Assembly: GCF_008831285.2 (NCBI RefSeq)
Contig: NC_045138.2
Span: 32,612,001-32,676,000, forward strand
Reading direction: 5' to 3'
Length of the DNA: 64,000 bases
DNA from: Nymphaea colorata
Taxonomy: Eukaryota
The notes beneath the pieces are model-generated. The model made no database searches. It saw only the letters and a program-made list of their open reading frames with translations, and had not been told where the DNA came from. Made by a program: the position numbers and the translations under genes. This document shows, piece after piece, positions 1 to 14,335 of the stretch; the stretch's first letter is position 1, and each line of letters begins with the position of its first letter.

Positions 1-42
1 GATTACTTTCGTTACCTTTTTCATAAAAGTCGGATCACCCTA

Positions 43-80
<38 letters not shown>

Positions 81-1109
81 GAAGGGTGATACAAGTGGGG
101 CCTCATAGTAAGTGGATCCAGGTCCCCTACTCTTAGTCATACTATATTATCGTCATTTACATTTCAAGACTTCATATCAGGGGTACTATCAGTCACCCTT
201 CCCTCAAACCTTAACGTGTCCTCAAGGTGTTAACTCTGGAAGGCATTGGTGCACTTGTTGAGTGTTTTCCCAACTGGGATAGTGTGCGTCATCTCCTTGC
301 CGCTCCACTATCTCTTGGACTACAGACTTGCTCTTTGGACTAAACACCCTAAATGGAAATAGAGAACGTCTTCTGAGACATTCTTTCTGCCCTTTCAGGA
401 ACACCCTTGGTTTAATAGTGACAAAAATGGAGACACTTTTCTTTTCTTATAAGCGAGAATGGTATTTGCTTTGTGGCTTTGGGTTAAACATATTTCACAC
501 TTAACACAAAAACACAAGCACGTACAGACAGACACACATACGAGCAAATATGAGAATTAAGTAAATTGATTTAATGCTTCTAATTGTTTTGATTGATTGC
601 TCACAAGGTGTTACATGCAAAGTTATTTTTGTTTTGCTTTTATGATTTATGAATTATCATTTTTTTTAAGATGAAAGATTTATGATGTTACGTCTATTGG
701 GATTATATTTTTCAGTCTATTACATTGGAGTTTTCAGCCTATTTGTGTTGGATTTTTTAATTTATTGTGCCTTGGCTTTTTGTTGGTTGTTTTGTTTCTG
801 TCCCATCAGAAACCCTGTCCGTTAGAAACTGAGCTATGCATTCTGTCGGTTAGAAACTCTTCCGTTTTTATTTTTAGATTTTCTGTGCCTTGTAATAGTT
901 AATGCGTTATGTATATTTTTTATATTTTTTTAATGTCTGTGGAATCCATGTTTTGTACATATCTCTTCGGCTGAAGACAGATTTTTTAGTGCCATGTTTT
1001 GTTTCTATAGAAGTGGTTAATAGTATAACATGATAACTTAATAATAGTTAGTATTTCATACTTTATAGACGTGAGATTCAATGTTTGAAGAATAAATATT
1101 CTGCTGTTG

Positions 1110-2855
1110 TGCATAGCTATTCATTCCGTGGTAGCAACTGAGCGGATAGTCATGTATCGGGAAAGATTTGCCGGAATGTACTCTGCACGTGCCTATTCAC
1201 TGGCACAGGTTGGAAAAAATTACTACTCTAGTTTAAAATCTTATTGTTATGCCCATATATGTCACCTCTTCCAAGAATCATATGTTTTTCAGTTTAAGAA
1301 TCACTTGTATTCCTGGTGGTGGGTTGGGGTACAGATGTAAATACAGTAGATGTAGCTATTGCCTCATCCAACTAGTCAGGAACAGGCTGTCAGTCATAGA
1401 TAAAGGATTCAATGTACATAATTTTATCAAATCCAATTGCTCGAAAGGATTCAATGTACATAATTTTATCAGATCCAATTGCTTGATATAATTGATTTTG
1501 AAGATCCACTGGATTTGATAAAATGGTTGTACAAATGGTAGCGATTGATCACTTTTTCCATATAATGAATTTCTTGAGTATGAAAATTCGAAGTTGGGTT
1601 CAAGTTGGACATCAGATAACATCTAACGTTTTATCCATAGTGGTGGAAATAGATGCAGGAAAATACCAAGAAAAAAAATTATTTCAACTGAATTTCTATT
1701 TCATCTGTATGAATGCAGGTCGCCATCGAAATTCCTTGTGCATTGATCCAAGCTGTTACATTTTGGATTATCACATACCCTTCAGTTGGTTATTACTGGT
1801 CTGCTTATAAGATCTTATGGTACATCTTTTTGCTATTTTCTATGCTCATCTTGGGATGCTGGTGGTCTCATTAACTCCAAACGCTCAAATTGCTGCTATC
1901 CTGCAATCTGTTTTCAACACATTACTGACTCTCTTTTCTGGCTTCCTGATATCTGGAAAAGTAAGAATAGATTTGTGCTTTTGCTTTTCTGGATGTCGTT
2001 ATAGAATACTTCTGGATTCTTGCTCAACATTAATTAGTTTGCTTTCTGAAAAAGGGTCTGGAAATGGCTCCAGTAGAGCTTGATCTATAAACAACTATTG
2101 CTCGTCTATCTTGGGCAACCAGCAAATTCATGTACTCTAGGAAGTAGTCATTCAGAGTTGCATCGTATTCAATGCATCCAACATCTACTCAGAGTACCCA
2201 ACCTAGTGATAATCAAAGGACATGCTTTCACTAAACTCATTTTAGGTGGCAGATCACTCTTGATCCAAGGAATGAGCTAAAAGACATTTCTAACCCATGC
2301 ATGATGGGTGAAGCAATTAAGATGTGGTAGGGTAAAAAAGGCTGCTCCTTGATGCTTGTAGAAGATCATCTGAAACCTCATCACATCAGGCAAACAATCG
2401 CATACTGAGAATAGCCTCAAAAGCCTGAAGCTTGCTTATACTGGTGCAGGATATGTCCCATCATGACTAATGTTTATCTGACTAATTACACAAGTAACTA
2501 ATTAACCTCGGATGTGACCTTTAAGAAAGAAAATAGTTATGGGATTGTGCTAATATTCACTAATGAGGTCAACTCTTTTCTGATACAGCAAATTCCAAAG
2601 TGGTGGATATGGCTATACTGGATGACCCCTTCAAATTGGACTATCCGTGGACTTTTTACATCACAGTATGGTGACATAGACAAGGTGATTGACGTATTTG
2701 GAGAAAAGAAGGCAGTTAGTTTGTTCCTGAAAGATTATTTTGGCTTTCCGCATGATCAGTTGGGCGTTGTGGCAGTTGTTCTCATCGCATACGCTGTTGC
2801 CTTCGCTTCTTTGTTTGCTTATTGTATATCTAAGCTTAATTTTCAGAGAAGATGA
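1110..2855 (+). pseudogene. 3' end of full-size ABCG/PDR (pleiotropic drug resistance) transporter, frameshifted; exons ~1110-1208, 1719-1960, 2589-2855
   Basis: TMD2 motifs VATER..YRERFAGMYS..AYSLAQ | VAIEIP...[26 protein letters not shown] | [14 protein letters not shown]...GLFTSQYGD...KLNFQRR*, with GT-AG borders. Exon 1719-1960 is 242 nt (not a multiple of 3) and switches frame near 1830. Confidence 0.85.
1402..1485. repeat. Tandem duplication of ~42 bp in ABCG intron
   Basis: aaaggattcaatgtacataattttatca.atccaattgct present twice. Confidence 0.85.
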
Positions 2856-4481
2856 TTAGATTTATGTTCACTCAATTTATCTCAGCTAATATAGAACAGC
2901 TCGACTGCTTACATTCTTGTCTTTGAGAAGATTAGGTACCTAAGCTTCAGCTAAACAATGGCAATGACCTCAACTATCAACAATATCGGATGTGTGTGTA
3001 TTTCGGCCAACCGACGTTCTACGAGTTTTATGATTGTTTGACCAGATCCCACCCTCTGTTTTTCTGATTTGACTTGATGAGTTCGGGCGGTCAAACTTGA
3101 GTTTGAAAAAGGATGGGAAACTCAATAATGTGTCGATTGGATTTTATGGCCCCTCAAATTCTCAATCAATTTAAACCCGTTGGTTTTAATGTAAATCAAA
3201 ATTGGTGAGCACCTTGTATAAATCTAAAAGTATATATTTTGGGTTTGTACATTTGGATAGACAAAAGTAATTTTTAGATGTTTAAATATGAAATGCATGG
3301 GCTAATGGCTTTCAATGCTTTCTATTAAAGATGTATGACAGACCAAGTCTTACAAAAATAGATTGCATCTGATATAGTTTTTGTTTTCCTAAGCAAGCAG
3401 ATAAAAACGTGATAAATAGTTAATATTAAGACATAATAAATTTGCAGGTTCCAATTCAGCCGATTGCATATGATCCGAGTATCCTTGCAAACTCACTTGC
3501 CGGGCACCTGTAGGCCCCATCTGGTTTCAGGAAAAAGAGGGATTTATTCATATCTAACTGTCGACGTGAAGAAGAAGAAGGCAAGCAGAAGCCATCATGG
3601 GCGTCCATAGAAAGTGAAATAATAGGATTTTATTGAGAAAACTGAAAAGTACTCAAAAAAGTCAAATTTAAAAAGTAACATGGAAGTTGCGGTTCCTATT
3701 TAAAAATAGCAACCTTCTCGCCTTCCTTTTTATTAGGTTCCAGAATTTAAAAAAACGGTAGAAGAAAAATAGACGTTGGGGAACCCTCCCATCTCTTCTT
3801 CGTCGAAACGCCAAAAGAGAGAGAGAGAGAGTCGAGGAGGAGGCATCATGGCTTTTGGGGTTGAGAGTTGGACGCCAAGAAGCATAGTTCGGTTGGAAAA
3901 GGCATCTCCTTCTGGGCAGCATGGTTGAGCAGGTTAGACCTCCGATCTGATCTCTGTCATTCTCATTACTTCTCCTTTATTTGTTGATTCCTGTTGGTCA
4001 TCTCATTTGTCTTGCCCCTCTCAAACTGTAGAAGTAGAATCACAATGCGAGTTTCCTTGTGTTTTTTCATGCATCCGCAACGGGCATAGTCAATCGGGGA
4101 TAGATTGCTCGGGCATAAAACTAGCTCTGGGTTAAATTTTTTCAACAAGTTTAAAAAGTTGGATTTCTATATGGTATAGAAATTTCTTCATCCATATTCG
4201 AGTTCGAATTCGAATGCGTGAACATCTATAAATAGAATTATGGTGTCCGATCCGTTAGATTACCTACCAAAAAGCAACAAGTAATGTGAAATTAATTATG
4301 ATTAGCAAGCAACCAAATCGTAGTTCGGTGAGCGTAGTGCGAGAGGGCTTAGGGTTCGCCTGGCACGAGCAGTGGGAACGAGTCCGGCTATGGCTGCCGG
4401 TCCCCCGATGGTCGATCCTCTTTCCCGGGGGGCGGAAGACAGCGGCAAGGAGTCAGCTGCGGCCCCCCAATAGAAGTCACG

Positions 4482-4860
4482 ATGGAGGAAGGAGAGTCTT
4501 CTCGTCGTTCCTGAGTATCGATTATGAGCAAGCAAGAGAAGCCGAAGCTGATGGATGTCGAAGATGCTCAGGTCGCCTTCGATGGCAAGGTTCCAGTGAT
4601 TCGTTTCTCCCATGAGGCAACGAAGCGTTTGAATGAACCCCTCAGGTTCTCGGCAGTGGCGGGACTTGTTGGGGGAAGGAGCAGACCAGGGACGGACTAG
4701 GCCTATGCCCTTTTTCGTTGAAACAACAATGGAGCAGGGTTACAAAAATCCACAGTTTTCTATAGCAGGAAATGGCAGATTCTTGGTGAAAATTAATATG
4801 GAAGAAGAACCCGCTGAGATCTTGAGAAGGCGCACTTACTGAGTGAGCGGTCGCATGCTT
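4482..4860 (+). mobile_element. Degenerate LINE (L1-type) ORF1 N-terminal remnant, DUF4283-like
   Basis: Manual translation across stops and frameshifts: MEEGESSRRS*VSIM...DGKVPVIRFS..LNEPLRFSAVAGL...LKQQWS...FSIAGNGRFLVKINMEEE..ILRRRTY*VSGRML. This is the typical plant LINE ORF1 pattern; the match is truncated at ~4860. Confidence 0.65.
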
Positions 4861-5280
4861 GTTTCAACTTTTAAACTTTCTTTTACATGCTTTCTCATTC
4901 ATTTTTTGCCATATGGCATGAACGCGCATGTGCACTTTGCATCACGTTTGGCCTGTTTCTGTTTCCTCTTTGTTCTTTAAATACGACACAATGATAATTT
5001 TTAAGTGTTTGTGCTTCACATTTCCTTGTACACCTTGGATGCGTGTCACTACTATTGAAGAAAGTAGAGCAGAGTATTGTAAGTGTGCTTTACAAATATC
5101 TGTCGGAAACATCCGACTGTCAACTTGATCTTTCTTCATCGTTCAACCCAACAGGTTGACCTTAGATATTGGTCAGTGTAATTGGTTAATTCATCAAAGA
5201 ATTTACTTCGTTACAATGTGCTTAAAATTTCATGTTTAGATTGTAATTTCGATCAAAACATTAAACTGAAGGCGTGTGTC

Positions 5281-5312
<32 letters not shown>

Positions 5313-6329
5313 CATATATATATTATACGATTAATGGCATTCAAACAGAAAATACATGAGCTTATCGTCAGAAGCAGATATTTAGATTTTCTCAAAGTAA
5401 AAACTTTTTGGCCTCTTTAGTATTATAATGAAAACACGTAATAATAATAATAACAACCGTTCGCCAAAAAGTGTAAACGAGGTCGTCCAAGTATCTATTG
5501 TTGTGTTTAAATTTTAAAATGACAGTCCGGGCTACGACGTTCTCGATAATGTTTGAATAGGAAGAGAGGAGGTGTCTTCTACTGGTCAATGGATATCTTG
5601 GCCATTAGATGTCGTTGCACCTCCTAATCCATGCACCTCAATTTTCAGATGTCTATGGATTTAAACCATTTTCCACTCCAAAATGTTTGGGTATAAAAGC
5701 TACTTGGTGCAATGTTGGATAGAAGCACCATTTCCAACATAATACACTTCACAATATTTGATTCCATCAAAGAAAGTAGAGAAGAGTATTTCAATACACT
5801 TCATATTTAAAAGGATCTCCTTTTTGTTGAGCTAGTATCCAACTTTAGATATGTCAGAGAACCAGAGCAGTCTAGTTAATTGAATGGTCTCTAAAGAGGA
5901 TGCCAACAATCTCTTAAATTGTAAGTTCAGGCTTGACCCAGATATCAGTCCAGAGGTATGTTCTTGCATCAGCCAGTTTACTAGCTTCTCGAAACTTTTA
6001 AAAAATGTATCATCATAATTGTGTTTTATTTCTAGGAAACTTGGATCCCCCACTTTCCTTTCCTTAGCAGAGTAACTTGCTTCTTTCTCATGATGCACAT
6101 GCACATTTTTCTTCATGAAAATTAATTCTTTTTCTACCTTTACAGGCTGTCTATCAAAGGCTATTGCTTCTTGTGCTTCAATGGTCGTATCAACAACTTT
6201 TTTAAACGTGAAGAAGATGCATGTATGTTTCCAAAGGTACGTCTTGTAATTGAACGCTCTAACCCTTGTTCTGGTCGAACTCATGAGTTTGCAAGTGTGG
6301 GGCACTCTCTTTGTGACACCTGGTATGCA

Positions 6330-9300
6330 GGTTTTCTTTCCTAGTTACCTTAGTTCCTTAAGTAAATTGTATTTTTTTTTCTATTGAAACATGATGCTTA
6401 TTTATACTTCTTGATCTTGAGATTGATAGCAATTATTTCTTATTTTTCTGTTCTAGTTTAGATTTATTTAACTGTTATTTGTTTGCCTTGTAATTGCATT
6501 GAGATTATGTCTAAAAAGGATTGCTATGTTATGTTGAAGTTGTTTTAGTTTTGCCAGCTTAGTTGTGATCTTGTAGCCCTTGCTTGGATAGTATCAGCTA
6601 TAGGTTTTCTAAAGGATTGGCATTCACTTGCTGTCATTTTAAGTCTTGCATGAAACTGTTGCAACATGGTAGGTAGCTACTTTCCATGTTTATGGTTATC
6701 ACAGGAAATGCAAGCTGAAACTTTCAGGAAAAGCAGCTGAAATTTGCAAAAAGTACAACATGACAGAAATTAACAGTGAAAGGACATTCTTATATGATAT
6801 GATGGCACATCTATAAGATAGGCACATCTAAAAAAAATAGTTAGGTTTGGGGAATTGTGGACTAATGGTTTTTTGTGATTTTGTAATGGACACTTGAATT
6901 GTTGTGGCACCACTTTGTGTAATCATTGAAATCATTATTGCTAATTGTGGTAACTTGTATTTCAATGGTTATACTAGGTTGGTTGATTGATTTGTCGGTC
7001 TTGTTTTTGGTGCATGATCTCCAAATATCTCAAAGTTATTTTTTTGGTTTGTAAGATAGGTAGGATTTAGATTTTATATGGTTTATAACTAGTGTTGTAT
7101 CTGTACCTTCTTGCACATTGATCATAGGCTGAATGCTTAGGTATTATATTGTGAACTGCAGACTTGTATGGTATTTTGCTTTGATTTATGCATATCTTTT
7201 TTGTCTTATTGCTTAGACAGTCATTTTTTAGCAAATATTATTTGTGCTATCTAGCAAGGTGCATGGTCTTTAGTTTGGCATACCATTCGGGGTCTAACAG
7301 AGTCCAAATCTGTAGTTGTCATTATGGTTTAACTGATGATTTTAGAAAACTTGCCGCGTAGTATTGGTTTATTTTGTTCTTCCTTAAGGAATGTGAAGAG
7401 CTTAACCCAAACCATTTGCCAAACCTGCAATCAGTTAAGGACCCAACATTTATGGGAACTTGTCCCCCTTAAACTAGCCTTTTGTGTAGAAGACACTATT
7501 TTTATGGGAGTATTGGTGAAGTTTGTTTTTCTACCCAACCAACCCATCTTGTTTTTCATTTTGTCGTTTCTTTAGGGAGTATAGTTCCTTCCTCCTTTTG
7601 ATATACCATTTGATGTCATGAATTTTTATAAAAGAAAAAAATTTAAATTTTACTTAAAAACATTGTTAAAATTGTTTTCTCACACCATGATATATGCCTT
7701 TGGTTTATTCTTAGTACCTTCTCGAGTAAAAGGAGAAAATTTTAAGTTTTTGTTGTCAATCAATGGAAGAGGAAAGCTGAAAATTCCTGTATATGAGCAG
7801 TAAGGAAAAAACTTATGAAGCTGAGAAAGTCAAGACTAGAAAATGCTATTGACTCTGATGATCAAGCATCTACAAGGATTCAACAAGAAAATATCTTGAG
7901 AGAAAAGCCATAATGCTCTGTAAGATCTTGGCAGGTAGCAAAATGAGAGTTGAGAGATGGGCTCGGGGCTTGTGTAGTCGTTCCTCTGAGTCGTTAATCG
8001 AGAGTACCGGGTAGACATATAGGTGATTTATGTCTGTCCCGCGAAGATAACGACTTATGAACCTTTGGCTCATCGAAGCCCGTAAGCTGAAACGGGTGGG
8101 ACACGTGACAAAGCTACACATTACCACCAAAGCGGTGGAGCTCCGTAGTAGCCTTTGGGGTGGTGAGGTATTCCCTCAAAGGTGAAGGTCAGCCTTGAAA
8201 AAAAAAAACAAGAAAAAAAAAATCGAAAAGCCAAAAGGCCAAATGCAAAAGAAAGAAAGAAAGAAAAAAAGAAGAAGAAAAAAAAAGTGCCTGCCAAGTG
8301 ATGAAAAAGCATGAAGGTTGAACTCGCATGAATTGAATGTGACAATCTTTCATAGATGTGCGATGTTGGGATCAATATCTGCTTCTCTTTCTTGATTACC
8401 TAAGATGCCGAGGATGATTCCTTTATGTTCATATTTTGGAAATTGAAAGACATCCTTCTAGAGATTTGATGGCATTGACGCAAAATGAATCTTGATGCTT
8501 GTACGGTACTATGGGTAAATGAAGGTCATACTATTTGCACAACACAGGCACTCTTGCTTATGAGTTAATTGATTGTTTTTGAACTATTTCAAAGTGAAAA
8601 CTTGACATCTCTTGTTATATTTGTAGGCTTCCTAGACGTAGGATGAACTAACTAATTCTCGTTGGTCTTGAAAGATGTTTGTCATTTCATTACCAAACCA
8701 CTTGTCCATTCATGGAATAGATGAAATTCCTCAAAACCTAGTCCACTCATGCTGAGTGTGATGAATTTTCTATCATTTCCTCTGTCTCAGGAGACACAGA
8801 TCATTAACTGAGTGTATTCAACATAACCCAGACTTAGGGTTGAGTCTGTCATGGAAGGCCTTTTATCTCTTTTCAAAAGAATTAGTCGATTTTGAATTGT
8901 TACATTTTTAAAAGTTCCATCCATCGAAGCTGCATTATGTCCCTGGGTCCGTCATGGTTTTAGACCAGGTTTGTACTCAGTTTCTTCGTGTCTTGTTAGT
9001 CGAATAGATGCTTTAGTTAAGCATTGTACATGTCCATCATAGGTCAAGGTCATTGGTTTGATTTGTTTTCAAGATCACATTCTGGTTTAGATAGAGTATT
9101 TTAGTTTTGTTGAGTTGACCCATTGTTGGTTTGATTTTCTGGTAGTTCAATTTTTTCTTTTATTGTCTACTTAGTGGTTTTCCAGCTTGTAGTGTTTATT
9201 TTTCACTTTCATTGTGAAATGGGTTTGTTTAGGAGCTTTGTTGACTTAGTTGTTTGATTTTCATTTTTCAATGTATTTACTCGATTCTTTTGATAAATAA

Positions 9301-9520
9301 AATCTGATCAAGGGGTATGTTGGTTGTTGTGTCGCATTTTGATACTTTGAATTGCATACTTCATTGCTTAAGTTTTTAGGTTGCTTGGCTGAATATCTAT
9401 GATGACATTATCATCGCATCTAAGGGGTCAGCATGTCAACTGCGAGTTTAAGTCTTGCTGTTTTGTGTAATAGTGCATATCTATTTTCATTAGTTTTAGG
9501 TTTCTAGAGGTAGGAACTGG
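6330..9520 (+). mobile_element. Probable degenerate retroelement non-coding region (Gypsy/Athila-like)
   Basis: Long T/G-skewed non-coding tract with purine-rich tttagggagtat (7571), A-rich tract 8197-8286 and hairpin accaccaaag...ctttggggtggt (8123-8164). No coding domain recognised. Confidence 0.3.
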
Positions 9521-9753
9521 AACTACTGATGGTGCACTACATTAAGAGTTGAAGGTGAAGAACAACAACAAGGTGGAGGGGAGAAAGTTGTAATTAACAG
9601 CTTGGGATTTGGAAATGCTATCCACTTCTTATATACAAAAAGGGCTACGTTTACAAATCCTCTAGGCTGTTGGAAGCCACCACCGAACGCCGCCTCAAGT
9701 CATCCCTCTCCCGATGCCTCTTGCACTTCCCCTTGTGAGACTACCAACTTCGT

Positions 9754-9822
9754 TGATTGCTGTGATGAAGGTGTATGGTTTGATGTGTTTGATTGCTGTG
9801 ACGAAGGTGTATGGTTTGATGT
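9754..9822. repeat. Tandem 36-bp duplication
   Basis: gattgctgtga(t/c)gaaggtgtatggtttgatgtg x2. Confidence 0.85.
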
Positions 9823-10159
9823 GGCTGCTGCCGATTGGGTCGGTGTGTTGAAGTTGATGTCCGCTGGTGAGGTTCAAGTCATTGTCAATTCCTTGTTGCC
9901 ACTGGTTGATGGCACGATGATCAACTTTGATGATTACTTTCTGCCTCTCCTTGCAGTTCAGGTATTCTCTTTCCATCTTTTGTGGATTAATTTCTTTGTC
10001 ACCAGCTCTACCATCACTCTTTTAGGTGTAAGCTCTGTTATTCTTGATTTCCCACAAAAATTACATGCATGTGAGACTGTCAAAACTTACCCACTGTTTG
10101 TTTGGATGGAAGGATAGAAATGAATGGATGTAAAGGAAAAGGAAAGAAAGAGAAGGGAA

Positions 10160-11880
10160 GGGATGAGAAGGGAAACGAGAAGAAAGGAAAATGAAGGACA
10201 GTCCACCATCGATCTTTATCTATTTTTTGGTCAAATTTAGGTGTTGAACTCAACTTTACGCCCTATTTCAGAATTTTTGGACCTGAAGATTTGATATTAC
10301 AGATTTTTTATAAAACTCTGCTACCTGGGTGCGTGGAGTTGGAATTTCTAATATTTACCTGATTTTCCCCTAATTTTAGCTTTCTAAAGCTTATTTTGTC
10401 TAGTAAATCATGTCTAGTAAATCATGTGCTAGTCTAGGAATGAGTTTTAGGGTAGGTAACATTGTGCTTGCATGGCCTCTTCTTGACGTGCATGCAAAGG
10501 GCGGATACCACCGAAAGAAGAAGCTCAAGAAGTGTAGGAGAATCCCAAAGCCATATTTTCAGCCCCTTGAGCATGTAAGCGTAGACCTCACAAGGAGTAT
10601 TTTGTGTTTGAAGAGCTCCTACGGTTGGTGTTGGATAAAATTGAAGTTTAATTGGAGGAAATTTTCACGCACTGAAGGATGTGTGTTCATTTTGTTTGAT
10701 CACTGTACATTTTTGTATATGATGCACTGGTGCCATTATTTTGTTTGATCACTGTACATTCTTGCATATGATGCACTGGTGCCATTATGAAGGACAAGCT
10801 CAGGTGTCACAAGGGTTTGAGAAATGACAGAAGGCACAAGGATTTGAGAAACTACCGGCCTACACAAGGATTCGACAAACGACAGGCCTTCTCACACTAG
10901 GTCTCTTTTGTTGGCAAGTTTTATGAGACGTGAACTCTCTAAGAAGTCAAGTTTTATAACATGTTTAATGAAGAGACACTCTCTAGAACTAGCCCCTTGA
11001 TCATGTGAGAGGCGATGAAGCCCATGTTAACCCTCTTAGGGAGTATTTTGAGCTTAAAGAACTCCTGCAGTTGGCCACCATCGAGATGCTGTTGACCCCA
11101 GAAATCTTCACGCTCCATAGATACCCTTGGAGACTTTAGGGTTACACAAAAACTTAATGAGGCTTACCTCTGGGTGAGACTCTTCTTCTGGCCTAACTTA
11201 GAGTTGGGGAGAGTGCATTGGTTAATTGCTTACATTGCTGCCCCCTATAATGGATGCTGAAGCAGTTCAGTTTGCTGCACATGAAGCCTTGGTTGATGCT
11301 CTGGATGCTTACAATTCGTCCTAGAGACATGATGAATAGCAATCCTATAGTGAGAGAGTCAGAAACGAGAATCATATTGGATTCTTTAAAGAACAAGGGG
11401 ATGAGAAGCGAAAGGAAAATGAAGGAAAGTCCACCTTCCACCTTTATCTATTTTTTGGTCAAAGTTAGGTATTGAACTCAACTTTACACCCTCAAAATTT
11501 CAGAACTTTTGGACCTGATGATTTGATGTTATAGAATTTAAAATTTTTATTAAACTCTGTTTTCTGCTACCTGGGTGCCTGGAGTTGGAATTTCTGATAT
11601 TTACCTGATTTTTCCCTAATTCTAGCTTTCTAAAGCTTATTTTGTTTAGTTCAAATCCCTTAGGGTAGGTAACATCATGGGTGGGTGGCTTCTTCTTGAA
11701 GTGCATGTGAGGGGCTGGTGACCACTGAAAGAGGAAGCTCGAGAAGTGTAGGAGAATCCCAAAGCTGTATTTTCAGCCCCTTGAGCATGTGAGAGGTGAT
11801 GAAGCCCATGTTAGACCTGGTAAGGAGTATTTTGTGCTTCAAGAAACTCCTATGGTTGGTGTTGGATAAAATTGAAGTTG
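10160..11880. repeat. Diverged direct repeat ~0.5 kb (10160-10650 vs 11395-11880), with a partial third copy ~10990-11070 and an internal ~50-bp tandem at 10691-10788
   Basis: Colinear shared blocks aaaggaaaatgaagga.agtccacc..., ttgaactcaacttta, ctgctacctgggtgc, aagtgtaggagaatcccaaagc, ttggtgttggataaaattgaagtt. Confidence 0.8.
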
Positions 11881-12460
11881 AAACGGGTTGGAGACGTGTG
11901 CGGTTTCAAGAATCGGGTTGGAGAGGTAGAACCAGGTTGGAGAGGTCGAACCGAGTTGGAGAGGCATCTCAGACATTCTAGGAACCGGTTGGGGAGGCAT
12001 CTCAGTTTCAAGTACCGGGTTGGGAGTTATCTCGGTTTCAAAAACAATATCTCGATTTCAAAAATCGGGTTGGGGAGGCATCTAAGTATCAAGGAGGCAT
12101 CTAAGTATCAAGAACCGGGTTGGATTGGGGATGCATCTTGGTTTCACTACAACAAATAACAAATATATGCGGTTTGGGTTGAGGATGCATCTCAGTTTCA
12201 CTACAACATGTAACAAATATATGCGGTTTCAAAAGCGATTCCTCTGTTAGACATGCCTGACTAGCCTATCAGGATGCAATTTTTATTGTTAGGGAATTTG
12301 AAAATAATGAGCAAGTAAATCGATGGCGGTACCTTTTCCATTTTATGCATCAAGAGCAAAATTGTTTAAATTTGTTTGTGTAGCACCCTGTCCGTTGCTA
12401 TGCCGAGCTCGCTTGGCAGAAGAACAGCAGTAGCTGAGTAGGGATTGGTGGCCTCCAAAG

Positions 12461-13165
12461 GCCCTCCACTGGCTGGACGAGCAGCTGAGCCGAAATGGTT
12501 CTCCTCGTATTAGGTAAGTTACAGAGAAATCAAGTCATGAGGGAGAAACAGGGGATTGCGATGGTTGTGCACTTCACCGGATGGACAGATTTCCCGTTGA
12601 GATCAAACGGGGGGTGTCTCTCTCAACTACTCCCCCACAGGGTCTCTGCGAGGAAGGCAGGAGTAGAGGATGGACAAGGGAGGCTTGGGAACAGGGAAGG
12701 CCGCAGCGCTGCTTCCGTCGCACCCCAGTTGGACTCTCGCTGAGATGAAACTGAGATAAGTTTTTGTCTGGAGACCGGTCGGGGGAGGCCGCACTGCTTC
12801 CGTCGCTCCCCAATTGGACTCTCGCTGGGACGATTGCAAAGAATAATATAAACTAAGATAAGTTTTTGTCTAGAGACCTTACCAATCGGTCGGTCGAGAG
12901 TCCCAGCAATAGATGTCTGGGGAAGCAGAGGATTCACGACTGCGCTCCCTCGCTCAGATGCCCGAACAGGGGATGCAGGAAACAGGGACAGAGAGGGTGA
13001 CCGGAAGTTTGTCTACTCCGACCAGCTCCGGCAGTCTCTGTGAGCTCAGGTTCTTTCGATCCGTAGCTGAGAGGAGGATCTCCCTGGAAAATCTTGCAGG
13101 GAGAGGACACTTGTAGAATTAGCGCCTGATTTTTGAATGGAAGTGGTGGAGCAGAGGAAGATGGC
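12461..13165. repeat. ~700-bp direct repeat copy 1 (copy 2 at 15735-16437), with internal subrepeats; continuous with the Copia gag 3' region in copy 2
   Basis: ORFs 12495..12743 and 15706..16017 share near-identical translations; both carry ctgcttccgtcgc..cccagttggactctcgctg subrepeats. Confidence 0.9.
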
Positions 13166-13824
13166 AGAACAGGCGATCGAAAATCGCCTGATTCCAGCAA
13201 ACTCCGGCACCGGTTCCAGTCGAGCACTGGACCGTTGGATCCGCACCTTTCGGGCGATGCTACAGGTTGGGCTTGTTGGATCCGACACTAACCCACGGTG
13301 CTGTCTGAGCAGTTTGAGGGCCAGCGGAGACCCGCGTCGGCGGTGGTGTGCAGTTAAATCAGGGGCGCTGGAAATCTTACTATTCTAGTGGGGACTTCCT
13401 CCGGCGACAAGATATGGCTCGATGGAACCGCAGCGAGTCGGGGATTCTGTATCCGGTGACGTGAGCTTACTGATGGAAAGGAGAACCTTGATTATGATGG
13501 GGAGCGGTGCGCAGGACCAAAAATTTTGGGGGCTTCTGCAAGAGGTAACCTCGCTGCCAAGGGCATCCACGAGTCTCATTCGGAAGGGTTTGCGGCCATT
13601 GGTGTGGTCACCAGCAGAAATACAGCAGCTTGCAAGAGGGTCGAACCACCAAGTGCACCGCACACGGCCGAATGGGCCTAATCCTCAGCAGCAAGAAGAG
13701 GGGCAACAAGGCGGGCTGAGGCCCAGTTAGGGGAGCTCCACTGGGCAGAGGGCAGTTAGGGGAGCTCCACTGGGCAGAGGGCACGTTGGAGAGGAAGAGA
13801 CACGATCTAGGTGAATTCCTGGCA

Positions 13825-14335
13825 GGTGCTCCCTCTTTTTTTCCCTCATTGGTTCTTCCCTAATGCCTTCCTTAGGCGGATGAGCCAATACGCGCTCACA
13901 GTCGATAACTTCTTTGAGCGTCGCCTCCAGACGGTCGTGTTATAGTCGGGGATGGCTACGTCGAACAGGGGAAAGGTGAGTTAGGATTTCTAGGGCAGGT
14001 TTCAACAGTGTTTATTTTTTTATTTTGCGTTTGTCATTGGATTTCTGGATAATTCAAACATGGGAAATTTAACAGATTTCTTTCTTATTCTTGTGGTGCT
14101 TATGGAAATCGTTGATGCAGGATATGGCGTTTTTGTGCATCAACGGATTCAGACTGTCTGCCCTTGAGCGGTGCTCCCTTTCTTTTTCCCCCATTGGTTC
14201 TTCCTTAATGCGTTCCTTAGACGGATGAGCCAGTACGTGATCACAGTCGATAACTTCTTTGTCTCCAGACGCTCATGTTAAAGTCGGGGATGGCTACCTC
14301 AAACAGGAGAAAAGTAAGTTAGGGTTTCTCGGGCT
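13825..14335. repeat. Diverged direct repeat ~170 bp (13825-13997 vs 14169-14333)
   Basis: ggtgctccct...cattggttcttcc...cggatgagcca..tcacagtcgataacttcttt...gtcggggatggctac...gttagg present twice. Confidence 0.8.

Noticed and set aside
9602..10117. 171-aa ORF with repeated DCCDEGVWFDV as a split burpitide precursor
   Set aside because: Non-ATG start, no signal peptide, the repeat is a single 36-bp DNA duplication, and it sits in TE-like DNA.
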